Positions 8,859 to 16,445 of a DNA stretch of 48,099 nt are shown here, piece by piece. Origin of the DNA: a virus (lineage: Duplodnaviria > Caudoviricetes); IMG/VR virus record IMGVR_UViG_3300038379_000130, positions 1-48,099 of that record; one strand, given 5' to 3'. The position numbers and the translations under genes were made by a program. Position 1 is the stretch's first letter; each line of letters starts with the position of its first letter. The notes beneath the pieces were generated by a model, which saw only the letters and a list, made by a program, of their open reading frames with translations, had not been told where the DNA came from and ran no database searches.

Positions 8859-9365
8859 TCAGATCGTTCCGAGCATCAGCTTCAGGCTGTCGCCGGGCTT
8901 CAGCTCGTTCCGCTTCGCCGCTTCCATGTTCGCTCCGAGCCTCTGCATCGCTCGCGGGCTAGCCATCGCTTGGATAGCCCCGGCCTGCGCCGCGATGATG
9001 TTGTGCTCGCGTCGCTTCTCGGGAGGCAACGCGTCCCACTTCTCGACATTCGCGAGGGCACGACGCGCTCGCCTGGCCTGCCGCCCGGCCTTGTGCGTCC
9101 GCAGGCTCCCGATGTCGATCTTCAATAGATCGTCCGCTCGCTTGAGTCCGACGTTCGGAACCGCGACGAACTCGAAGCCGGATTCGCGCGAGAGGATCGC
9201 GCAGGCTCGCGCGACGTGATGTCGCCCGGTGGTTTGCGGGTTGTCGCCGATGGCCTCGGCGAGCGCAGCGTAGGGCACTACCTCAAGCTCTGCGGCTTGG
9301 CTCAGCAGCTTGACTGCCGCCCACGTCTCCGCGCTGCGCTCTGGAATCGACTTGCCTACTGCCAT
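8859..9365 (-). CDS. accessory protein of the pentamer-array locus, possible winged-helix N-terminus
   Basis: 168 aa, SD AGGGGGGAG; VVPYAALAEAIG...VARACAILSRESGFEFVAVPNVGLKR; lies between arrays 2 and 3. Confidence 0.7.
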   Translation of the reverse strand: MAVGKSIPERSAETWAAVKLLSQAAELEVVPYAALAEAIGDNPQTTGRHHVARACAILSRESGFEFVAVPNVGLKRADDLLKIDIGSLRTHKAGRQARRARRALANVEKWDALPPEKRREHNIIAAQAGAIQAMASPRAMQRLGANMEAAKRNELKPGDSLKLMLGTI

Positions 9366-9377
9366 CGGCTCCCCCCT

Positions 9378-9448
9378 ACGAACGTCCCTTGCCTTGCCTT
9401 GCCTGGCCGCGCCGCGCCGCGCCTTGCCTCGCTTGGCCTCGCCTCGCC
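9378..9448 (-). ncRNA. GGY-NN pentamer array 2 (12 units plus tail GGGACGTTCGT), candidate guide RNA
   Basis: Minus strand: GGCGA GGCGA GGCCA AGCGA GGCAA GGCGC GGCGC GGCGC GGCCA GGCAA GGCAA GGCAA GGGACGTTCGT. Confidence 0.7.
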
Positions 9449-9452
9449 GAAC

Positions 9453-10028
9453 TCAGTTCCAGCGGATCGACTTCACCGCGAACCGCCCGTAGTACCCGTT
9501 GTTCCTCGGGCGAAACCGCCCGATCCCGATGAAGTTGCCCGCCTCCCGGAGATGCTGCTCGAACACCTCCGGTGTGATCGTGTCGTCGAGAATGTGGAAC
9601 TGGACCTTTCCGCTCCACTTCCGCACCAGCGGGAAGCACTTCGACACCCGCTTCCCGTCCCCGCGCCGGCCGCTCGCCGGGACGAACAGCCACTCGCCTT
9701 CGACCTCTTCCTTCTTGATCGGCAACGGCAGCCCTTCCAGCACCATCACTCCCGCCTCGAAGTGCTTCGTGTAGGTGCTCTTGCCCTTGCCGGGGATCTG
9801 CATCGAGAGGTACTTCGCGATCTCGGCGATGCAGTTCTTGAACGCCATCGGGGGGATGAAGAGCTTCCCCTCGGAGTCGACATGGCACCGCTCGCGCCAC
9901 GTCCGGATCTCGTAGTCCTTCGCCGTTTCCGTGTCCGCTCCTGTCGGCCTGCCGAGCTTGGGTATCTCGTAGTGCTTGCCCTGGCTGTACGGCGAGATCC
10001 CCTCAAGTTCTACGGTTGCGATCCTCAT
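9453..10028 (-). CDS. stand-alone Cas7/RAMP-like protein
   Basis: 191 aa; N-terminal strand IATVELEGISPY; GKLFIPPMAFKNCI (cf. RAMP IPGSSxKG); C-terminal G-rich loop AGNFIGIGRFRPRNNGYYGRFAV. Confidence 0.75.
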   Translation of the reverse strand: MRIATVELEGISPYSQGKHYEIPKLGRPTGADTETAKDYEIRTWRERCHVDSEGKLFIPPMAFKNCIAEIAKYLSMQIPGKGKSTYTKHFEAGVMVLEGLPLPIKKEEVEGEWLFVPASGRRGDGKRVSKCFPLVRKWSGKVQFHILDDTITPEVFEQHLREAGNFIGIGRFRPRNNGYYGRFAVKSIRWN

Positions 10029-10047
10029 TGCCCATCCCCCACTCGTT

Positions 10048-10148
10048 AGAACGCCCCTTGCCTTGCCTTGCCTTGCCGAGCCCAGCCAAGACCCGTCTTG
10101 CCGGGTCTGGACGCGCGTTGCCTGGCCCAGCCAAAGCCTTGCTGCGCG
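10048..10148 (-). ncRNA. GGY-NN pentamer array 1 (15 in-phase units plus tail GGGGCGTTCT), candidate guide RNA
   Basis: Minus strand: ...AGCAA GGCTT T GGCTG GGCCA GGCAA CGCGC GTCCA GACCC GGCAA GACGG GTCTT GGCTG GGCTC GGCAA GGCAA GGCAA GGCAA GGGGCGTTCT. Confidence 0.65.
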
Positions 10149-10149
10149 G

Positions 10150-10917
10150 TCACCCGAGCCTCCGCGTCAGCGCCTCTTCGAGCTCGATCGAAACACCCGG
10201 AATCGTCCGCACGCCCGCGGCCACGGCCGCGCGGATCGCCTTCTCATCCGGCATGAGGTACTGCCGCGGGACCGCCGCCGGATCGACGATCGAGAAGCCC
10301 CACCGCTCCCGGCTGGACACGCTCCCCGAGTCCGTCTTCACGCCCCGCGTCATCTCCCGCGGCATGTCCAGCAGCGCCACCGCCTGAGCCTTCGACGCCG
10401 CCTCAGCATCCGCCAACGCCTTCGCCCGAGCCTTCTCCGTCTTCGCCTTCTCCGCCTCCGCGAGCGCCTTCGCCTCGGCCCGCGCCGCCTCCTCCTGACG
10501 CCGACGCTGTTCCTCCTGCTCCCGAGCAATCCGCGCCCGCTTGACCTGGCGGTACGCCAAGAGCAGCCGCTCCAGAACCCCGCCCTTCCCGAAGAGCTGG
10601 TCCGCCGGATCGGTCACGACCTTGAACAGCGCGTTCACCGCCTTGACCTCGGCGTTGAGCGGATCGACTCTCGACCGGCGTAGCGCGTCAAGCTCGCGCA
10701 TCGCCGCCGTCCCGCGCGCCAGGAACTCGGCCGCGCGGCCCTCCTCGGTGTCGTTCTCGATCGGCGTCCGCGCCATCTCCATCGAGATGGACCGGACCTC
10801 GCGCGCCATCATCTCGAGCTTCGCGAGCTGGGGCTCGTCGAGGAGCTGGACCGCCTCGTCCACGCTGTCGGCGGGCAGGTACCTCGCGAGGGCCGTCACG
10901 ACCTCGGGGCCGCTCAC
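10150..10917 (-). CDS. coiled-coil protein, Gp157/Gam-like, recombination-associated
   Basis: GTGA-coupled start at 10917; long coiled coil, then IVDPAAVPRQYLMPDEKAIRAAV...IPGVSI. Confidence 0.7.
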   Translation of the reverse strand: MSGPEVVTALARYLPADSVDEAVQLLDEPQLAKLEMMAREVRSISMEMARTPIENDTEEGRAAEFLARGTAAMRELDALRRSRVDPLNAEVKAVNALFKVVTDPADQLFGKGGVLERLLLAYRQVKRARIAREQEEQRRRQEEAARAEAKALAEAEKAKTEKARAKALADAEAASKAQAVALLDMPREMTRGVKTDSGSVSSRERWGFSIVDPAAVPRQYLMPDEKAIRAAVAAGVRTIPGVSIELEEALTRRLG

Positions 10918-11942
10918 GCCTCGGCTCCGGCTCCGGGCTCGAACGGGTGGCGGCAGGAGTAGCAGTAGAACGTCTGGCCCGGCTTGGGGTACTTCGACGG
11001 CTTCGCCGGATTCCCGCAGTGCGGGCACGTCGCCGTCTTGTCGCTCGCGGGCCGAGCCGCCCGGGCCCGAGGCTTCGCCGTGACCGGACGCGCGGGCTGC
11101 GACGGCACGTAGTCCTCGCCGGGTTCCCACGGCTCGTCGTAGTCGCCACCCGGATCCTGCGAGCCCACCGGCGCGCCCTGCGGGGCCGGCCGCGACTGCG
11201 CCGCCCGAGGCTTCGGCTCCTCGTGCTGCTCGTCCAAGTCCTGTGTGAACAGGTCCGAAGACGCCGTGCCCGTCAGCGCCGCGTCGAGATGCGCCCGCTT
11301 CTTCGACATCTTGACGAGCGTGTTCTCGAGGTCGTAGGGGTCCGGGTTGTCCACGTCCCCGACCTGCTGCCCCTCGATCTCGGGCGCGCCGTCCGGGAAC
11401 TTCGCCCCACACCCGCCCTTCTTCGCGTAGCACAGCCAGCCGCCGCCGTACTCGTCCCGCCCCTTGGTGATCTTGCCGACGACGCCGCACGCCGGGCAGG
11501 CGCGCTCGCCGCGGCGGTAGCGGTAGCGCCGCTCCCACGAGTTGGCCGCGCCGTAGCCGACCGCGACCACGGGGCCGCTGATGTCGCCCAAGTGCAACTC
11601 GCAGCGCATCGTGACCCGCAGCGTCGGCGCCGTGATGCCATCGCCAACCTCCATCGTCGGGATGAAGTCGGGCCGCAGTCCGTAGATCGAGCAGAGCACC
11701 TCGGCGCCAGGCTTCAAGAGCGTCGGTTTCTGCGTCCCCGGAATCGTCCCGTAGTGGACACCCTCCTCCATGAGCTCCTGCTTGATCCGCTTGATGCGGT
11801 CCTGTCCGCGCTTCAGAGCGACGATCCGCTGCTCGAACTCGGCTTCGGGCATCGTCGCCATCGCCAGCATCCCGGCCTGCTCGCGCGGGGCCGCGACCGC
11901 TCGGTCCTCGCTCGTCACGACAAGTTCGCTTCCCACCCCCAC
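10914..11942 (-). CDS. putative single-strand annealing/recombination protein with Zn-finger segments
   Basis: KPTLLKPGAEVLC...NTLVKMSKKRAHLDA...SDLFTQDLDE; CPAC and C-terminal CPHC...CYSC. Confidence 0.6.
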   Translation of the reverse strand: MGVGSELVVTSEDRAVAAPREQAGMLAMATMPEAEFEQRIVALKRGQDRIKRIKQELMEEGVHYGTIPGTQKPTLLKPGAEVLCSIYGLRPDFIPTMEVGDGITAPTLRVTMRCELHLGDISGPVVAVGYGAANSWERRYRYRRGERACPACGVVGKITKGRDEYGGGWLCYAKKGGCGAKFPDGAPEIEGQQVGDVDNPDPYDLENTLVKMSKKRAHLDAALTGTASSDLFTQDLDEQHEEPKPRAAQSRPAPQGAPVGSQDPGGDYDEPWEPGEDYVPSQPARPVTAKPRARAARPASDKTATCPHCGNPAKPSKYPKPGQTFYCYSCRHPFEPGAGAEA

Positions 11943-11969
11943 CCCCCCCTTCTTCTTGATCGCCCCCCG

Positions 11970-12326
11970 TCAGCGAATGCGGCCCGAGACGACCGTGCGG
12001 CCTGTCCCGCTCTCGCGCATGACGCGGGCGCGGAACTCGTCGAGCACCCACCGAAGCTGAGACGTCCCGAGCGGTTCGCCCCCGACGTTGACGACGCCGG
12101 CCTCCGCGAGCTCAGACGCGATCCCCTCGAGCACGCGGCGTTCGATCTCGCGGTACCGCGCCAGGTCGCCGGTCGTGACGCGACGGTCAGTCGCGCGGCG
12201 CGCACGATGCAGGATCGTGGTCGCCCCGTCCTGCTCGTGGACCGCATAACCCTGCGCGAGGAGCGCCGCCTGCTCTGCGCTCCCGGTCCTCACCTGGCGG
12301 AATCCGTTCTCGACCTCGAGCATCAT
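11970..12326 (-). CDS. hypothetical protein
   Basis: 118 aa with GGAGGGG SD. Confidence 0.65.
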   Translation of the reverse strand: MMLEVENGFRQVRTGSAEQAALLAQGYAVHEQDGATTILHRARRATDRRVTTGDLARYREIERRVLEGIASELAEAGVVNVGGEPLGTSQLRWVLDEFRARVMRESGTGRTVVSGRIR

Positions 12327-12344
12327 CCCCTCCTCGCGCCCCGT

Positions 12345-12560
12345 TTAGCCCTTGGCCTTGCGCGGCCGGCCGATCTTCGGATCAGGAGGCGCGCTACCGC
12401 TCTTGGCCGTCGCGATGAGCATTGCGACCGGCCCAGGGATTCGACATTCCCCGGAAAGCCAGCGACTGACGGCCGATTCGGACACGGTTAGATAGCGGGC
12501 CAACCGAGCCTGCCTCCAGCCCAGCGCATCTAGCGCGGATCGCAATTGGCTGCTCGTCAC
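12345..12560 (-). CDS. XRE/Cro-like HTH regulator
   Basis: LRSALDALGWRQARLARYLTVSESAVSRWLSG. Confidence 0.85.
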   Translation of the reverse strand: MTSSQLRSALDALGWRQARLARYLTVSESAVSRWLSGECRIPGPVAMLIATAKSGSAPPDPKIGRPRKAKG

Positions 12561-12566
12561 GGTCGG

Positions 12567-12595
12567 AATCTAATGCGCCCCGATGTGAAATGCAA
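12567..12595 (-). promoter_or_regulatory. sigma70-type promoter for the HTH gene
   Basis: TTGCAT-17 nt-TAGATT, followed 6 nt later by the GTG start; AT-rich tract upstream. Confidence 0.65.
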
Positions 12596-12631
12596 GCATT
12601 ATTTTTCTGCTAGGATCTACCTGTCGAGGGG

Positions 12632-13084
12632 ATGGGGAGGATCACCATGCTTCTCGCCGCCGCTGCCGTAGCCGCCGTGACCGTGTGCGTGACCGTTGCC
12701 GACAAGGACGCCGCCGGCTTCGTCGTGCCGAACGCCGCCGAGCTGCAGGAGAGCGCCAAGGATCTCGCAAAGCGCCTCGGAAAGCAGGCCAAGAAGGGCG
12801 TCGCGGTGGCCGACAATGACTGCCGCCTAACGGCCCGCGTCACCTATCGCGGGATGCTCGAGGGCGCGCCCGTGGTGACCGCACATCACGGCTACGGCCT
12901 AACGACGAAGGCAACGCCGAAGACGCCGATCGTCCGCGTTGATCTAGTGCTCGGCGAGCACGTTGTCCCGTTCGAGGGCCGCGGGCTCCCGGACAATCCG
13001 TTCGCCGGCTTCGGGCGCGCGGCGAGCGAGCTCAGCGATCAGATCGTCGCCTGGATTGAGGCGAACCGGGAGGCGCTCAAATAG
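12632..13084 (+). CDS. exported protein with signal peptide
   Basis: 150 aa, hydrophobic N-terminus, divergent from the HTH gene. Confidence 0.65.
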   Translation: MGRITMLLAAAAVAAVTVCVTVADKDAAGFVVPNAAELQESAKDLAKRLGKQAKKGVAVADNDCRLTARVTYRGMLEGAPVVTAHHGYGLTTKATPKTPIVRVDLVLGEHVVPFEGRGLPDNPFAGFGRAASELSDQIVAWIEANREALK

Positions 13085-13091
13085 GGGCTCA

Positions 13092-13358
13092 TCACCCACG
13101 CTCCCTTGCCCGCCGCTCGTTCACCTGCTCGCGCCGGTCGGCTTCGCGCTCCAGCCAGGCGGCGACCTTCATGTCGGAGGGTCCGGCGGTCCCTCGGAGA
13201 GATCCGGCCGCCGTCCGCATGTCCGTGATCGTGACCGTGCCCTCGCGCCGGAGCCGCAACGCCGCGTAGTGCGCCGCGTCCCCGCGACGCTTGGCCTCGC
13301 CCTTCCCCTTCCGTCCAAGCATCGCGGCGGCCGCCGCCCGCTCAGCCTTCGTGGACAT
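13092..13358 (-). CDS. small basic hypothetical protein
   Basis: MSTKAERAAAAAMLGRKGKGEAKRR... Confidence 0.55.
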   Translation of the reverse strand: MSTKAERAAAAAMLGRKGKGEAKRRGDAAHYAALRLRREGTVTITDMRTAAGSLRGTAGPSDMKVAAWLEREADRREQVNERRARERG

Positions 13359-13380
13359 GCTCACCCCCGAGGGGATGAGC

Positions 13381-13572
13381 CTACGTCGCGCTGGCGTCAC
13401 GGGCAAGGGCCCGCTCCTCGTCGGCCACGTCGTCGAGCATCTTGCGGAGCCTGATCCGGGCCCGGTCCGCAAGGTCGAACGTGGACGAGGACGGCTCCTC
13501 GTTCGCCATGAGCTCGAGCGCCTGGCGGTAGGCCTCCTCGACCGCGGCGCGGTACGTCGCGAGAGTCGCCAT
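13381..13572 (-). CDS. small hypothetical protein
   Basis: 63 aa, helical; GAGG before ATG. Confidence 0.55.
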   Translation of the reverse strand: MATLATYRAAVEEAYRQALELMANEEPSSSTFDLADRARIRLRKMLDDVADEERALARDASAT

Positions 13573-13574
13573 CC

Positions 13575-13871
13575 TCAGAACTCCTGATCCATGTCGCCGG
13601 AATCGATCGGGCCCGCGAGCGTGACGCCGACATCGTGCCGGGCCATCTCGCGGTCCGCGCAGCCGAGGCAGATCGGTCCACCGTCGCCGATCGCATGCGG
13701 TGCCTCGGGGTCCATCCGGCCACCGCAGCTATCGCAGCAGAGCCGCACCTCCCGTGCCGCGCGGTCGCGGGCCTCGCGCTCCTCGCGGATCGCGTCCCAG
13801 TCCGGTTCCAGCATCTCACGCGGCTCGTCCTCGTCCGGTGACGAGCACTTCCAGTCGTCGTAGCTCTGCAT
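13575..13871 (-). CDS. small acidic zinc-finger protein
   Basis: MQSYDDWK...CDSCG...CLGC; TGATG coupling. Confidence 0.65.
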   Translation of the reverse strand: MQSYDDWKCSSPDEDEPREMLEPDWDAIREEREARDRAAREVRLCCDSCGGRMDPEAPHAIGDGGPICLGCADREMARHDVGVTLAGPIDSGDMDQEF

Positions 13872-14080
13872 CACACCGTCCCCTGTTCTGCTGCGATCCG
13901 GCGCAGCCGCCGTACGATCTCGACCGCGAGCCGCTCCTCGGCCTCGGCCCACGGCGCGAGGCAGCAGGCGTTGAGAATGTGCGCCCGCGCCACGTCGCGC
14001 AGGTCCGGGTGCCGGCGCTCCCCGCGCCGCTCGCGCCAGAGGGCGGCGTGTTCCTTGGCTGACGACAGACGCATGGTCAC
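13871..14080 (-). CDS. small hypothetical protein
   Basis: 69 aa, fills an operon gap. Confidence 0.5.
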   Translation of the reverse strand: MTMRLSSAKEHAALWRERRGERRHPDLRDVARAHILNACCLAPWAEAEERLAVEIVRRLRRIAAEQGTV

Positions 14081-14083
14081 AGG

Positions 14084-14479
14084 TCAGTCCCCCTTGCGCG
14101 TCGAGCCGATCCCGCCGCAGTTGAGGCACGGCTCGAAGCGCGACGGCTTCTCGATCCAACGGTTCGACCGCGGATCGAGGTAGTCCTGCCGCACCTCGAC
14201 GCGCCCCGTCCCGTCGCACAGCCAGCAGCGGACGGCCTGCGGCTTGTCGGCCTCGGCTTGCTCGGCGAGCACGCGCGCCGCGAACGCCTCGACCGCCGCG
14301 ACGTGCGAGCACCGCGACGCGATGGCGCTGGAGTGGCGCCCATGCGCGCAGTTGCAGTGCGCCCCGCCCGTGGCGAGCGGGGCCACGAGGTACGACTTGC
14401 CCGAGGTGCCGGAGACGACCACGAAGCCCTCGGGGCTCGGGGTCACGCTGTGGCTGGCGGCCTTGCTCGTCGTGTCCAT
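14084..14479 (-). CDS. SWIM zinc finger plus CxxCxGxG zinc-finger protein
   Basis: SGKSYLV...CNC...CSHVAAV (SWIM); CWLCDGTG...CLNCGGIG. Confidence 0.75.
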   Translation of the reverse strand: MDTTSKAASHSVTPSPEGFVVVSGTSGKSYLVAPLATGGAHCNCAHGRHSSAIASRCSHVAAVEAFAARVLAEQAEADKPQAVRCWLCDGTGRVEVRQDYLDPRSNRWIEKPSRFEPCLNCGGIGSTRKGD

Positions 14480-14484
14480 GCCCC

Positions 14485-14514
14485 AATATACGCAACGTTG
14501 GGCCTATAGTTCAA
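14485..14514 (-). promoter_or_regulatory. sigma70-type promoter for the SWIM operon
   Basis: TTGAAC-18 nt-TATATT, followed 5 nt later by ATG. Confidence 0.6.
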
Positions 14515-14747
14515 GGCATGGAGGCCGAATTTACAATACTGAGGCATCAGTCTGGATTCTGGACGCGCGGAACCTTAACGCCCAAATGACACTCGGTGAG
14601 TGGATCGAAGCGCGGGCCGATGCGGACGGTAACCTGCCGGATCTGCAGTGGAGAGCCATAGCGGCGCTCATGGACGACGACGCGCGGGAGGCGACGCATA
14701 GCGCGGTCGCACCGTGGTGAAACCGCGCTCCGCCGGAGAGCCCTGGC

Positions 14748-15116
14748 GTGTCTGAGCCGACCGACCCCCTCGCCCGCGCCATCGCAGGCGCCCTCCGCGC
14801 CGCGATCCGCGACCACGGCCCGATCACGCTCGAGCGCATCGCCTCCGCGACGAAGCGCATCCTCGGCCAGCTCCGCAACGCCGGGGCCTCCGCGCTCGGC
14901 GCCGCCCTGGTCCGGAAGCGATGGGCCGGAAAGACCGCCGAGCAGCGCGCCGCCGAGGTAGGCGGCATCGCCAGCAGCGGCGGCAAGGCAGCATGGCGGG
15001 GCATGTCCGCGAAGGCGCGCTCGGATGAGATGCGACGGCGCGCACAGAAGCGCGCGCGGGCTGCTGTGCTATCCTCTGGCCGGGCCGGTCCCTCGGGCTC
15101 GGGAGGCGCACGGTAG
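14748..15116 (+). CDS. small basic protein, putative DNA-binding
   Basis: RWAGKTAEQRAAE...SGGKAAWRGMSAKARSDEMRR duplicated motif. Confidence 0.6.
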   Translation: MSEPTDPLARAIAGALRAAIRDHGPITLERIASATKRILGQLRNAGASALGAALVRKRWAGKTAEQRAAEVGGIASSGGKAAWRGMSAKARSDEMRRRAQKRARAAVLSSGRAGPSGSGGAR

Positions 15117-15149
15117 CCCAGCCGGGTTAGCCTCCCACCGGCCCCCCTT

Positions 15150-16433
15150 CTATCCGCCGCCCCCCTCATCGATCTCGGCATCGTAGGCGTGGACGACATC
15201 CTCAACGGCCGGCAGGCCCGACTCGACGATCTCGAATTCGCACAGCCTCGGGTATGGACCCGTCTTCTCGACCGTGATCGACTCCAGCACGCGCCCCATC
15301 ACAACCTGGGCGGCGTCCATGTCCCATGGCGCGATGACGATCGGATTGGCCCCGCCCCTCGAGCCGCGGAAGATCTGGTCGCGGAGCTGCTCGTACTCGG
15401 CGTCTGTCGCCATGAACAGGGTGAAGGCGAAGGACCGCTGCGGCCGGCCGCCATGCAGATGCACCCACTGGTCCCCGACCGCGCTCTCGAGCCGGATCTG
15501 GCGCTCGTTCCAGGTGATCGCCCCTCCGTATCGAGGGTTCCGCAGCATGTCATAGGAGTAGCCGGCGACGAGCTCGCCGAAGTACATGAGCGAGCCGGTG
15601 TCCGGCGTTCCCGTCAGGAGCAGGCGCAGGTAGCGGTCCTGCGAGGTCGAGCCGAACGAATGAGCGAACGAGTCGCGGATCGGTGTGAGTGTCGTGATCG
15701 TCGTCCAGGACGAGGCGTCCGAGGACCGCGCGAGCGCAGGCGAGATGAAGGGCGGAATGTTGTGGCCGTGGACGCTGAACCAATTTGACCACGGCCAGTA
15801 GTGGAGCGCGTCGAATCGCGCCGCGCCGCTCGATGCGTAGCAGTAGACGCGCAGCACCGCGACGTCATCGCGCAGCGTGGCGAAGCTTTCGACGGTGAGA
15901 TTCGCATCCTCGTATTGCCAGCTCGCACCGGAGGCCGAGACGAACGGCGTCGCGGTCCCGTAGCTCGATCCGGTGGCCCATGAGCCGTCCGACTGGAGCC
16001 ACTTGTTCGTCTGGCGATTCCGGACGAGCACCTTGGCGCCCGTGCCGTAGCAGGCGGCCGTGAAGGTTGCCGCCTCTCCGGCGCGAACGACGATATCCTG
16101 TACCGCTACCATCGAAGTCGTGACGGGTGTCAGCTCCATCGCGCCGGCCCCCGCGTAGGCGCCGCTCGTGATCCTCGCGACCGTCCCCGTCCCGAGCGCC
16201 GTCCAGAAGTCCTCGTCGTCCGCTACTTCGAAGCCGCCCCCCTCAATCACGTTCAAGTCGAAGACGATCTGCGAGTCCGTCGTTGCTGTCGCGAAGCGTG
16301 CGGGGATCGATGCTCGCCCGTCGCGCAGATACTTGGCACCGAACCCAGTCATGGCGCTCGGCGTCATCGTCGGCGCGAGCGCAGCGCGGGCTAGGTGGTT
16401 CAGGTAGGGCCCGCTCAGAATCTTGAAGGCCAC
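15150..16433 (-). CDS. tail protein (distal-tail-like, with inserted carbohydrate-binding-like domain)
   Basis: 427 aa, last gene of the tail operon, beta-rich. Confidence 0.65.
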   Translation of the reverse strand: MAFKILSGPYLNHLARAALAPTMTPSAMTGFGAKYLRDGRASIPARFATATTDSQIVFDLNVIEGGGFEVADDEDFWTALGTGTVARITSGAYAGAGAMELTPVTTSMVAVQDIVVRAGEAATFTAACYGTGAKVLVRNRQTNKWLQSDGSWATGSSYGTATPFVSASGASWQYEDANLTVESFATLRDDVAVLRVYCYASSGAARFDALHYWPWSNWFSVHGHNIPPFISPALARSSDASSWTTITTLTPIRDSFAHSFGSTSQDRYLRLLLTGTPDTGSLMYFGELVAGYSYDMLRNPRYGGAITWNERQIRLESAVGDQWVHLHGGRPQRSFAFTLFMATDAEYEQLRDQIFRGSRGGANPIVIAPWDMDAAQVVMGRVLESITVEKTGPYPRLCEFEIVESGLPAVEDVVHAYDAEIDEGGGG

Positions 16434-16445
16434 CGTCTCCCCTCC

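Noticed and set aside
8778-10148. Pentamer arrays as a CRISPR array or as plain microsatellites
   Set aside because: There are no 25-45 nt repeats with unique spacers. Position-specific variation, a shared tail and three copies around one gene pair argue against simple slippage.
10918-12051. N-terminal half of the 633-aa ORF 10150..12051
   Set aside because: It overlaps the recombination gene in another frame and is Arg/Gly-rich noise; the likely start is GTG 10917.
12561-14560. Self-target of the array NN strings in the control region
   Set aside because: A brief check by eye of the two promoter regions found no convincing gapped match; a computational search is needed.
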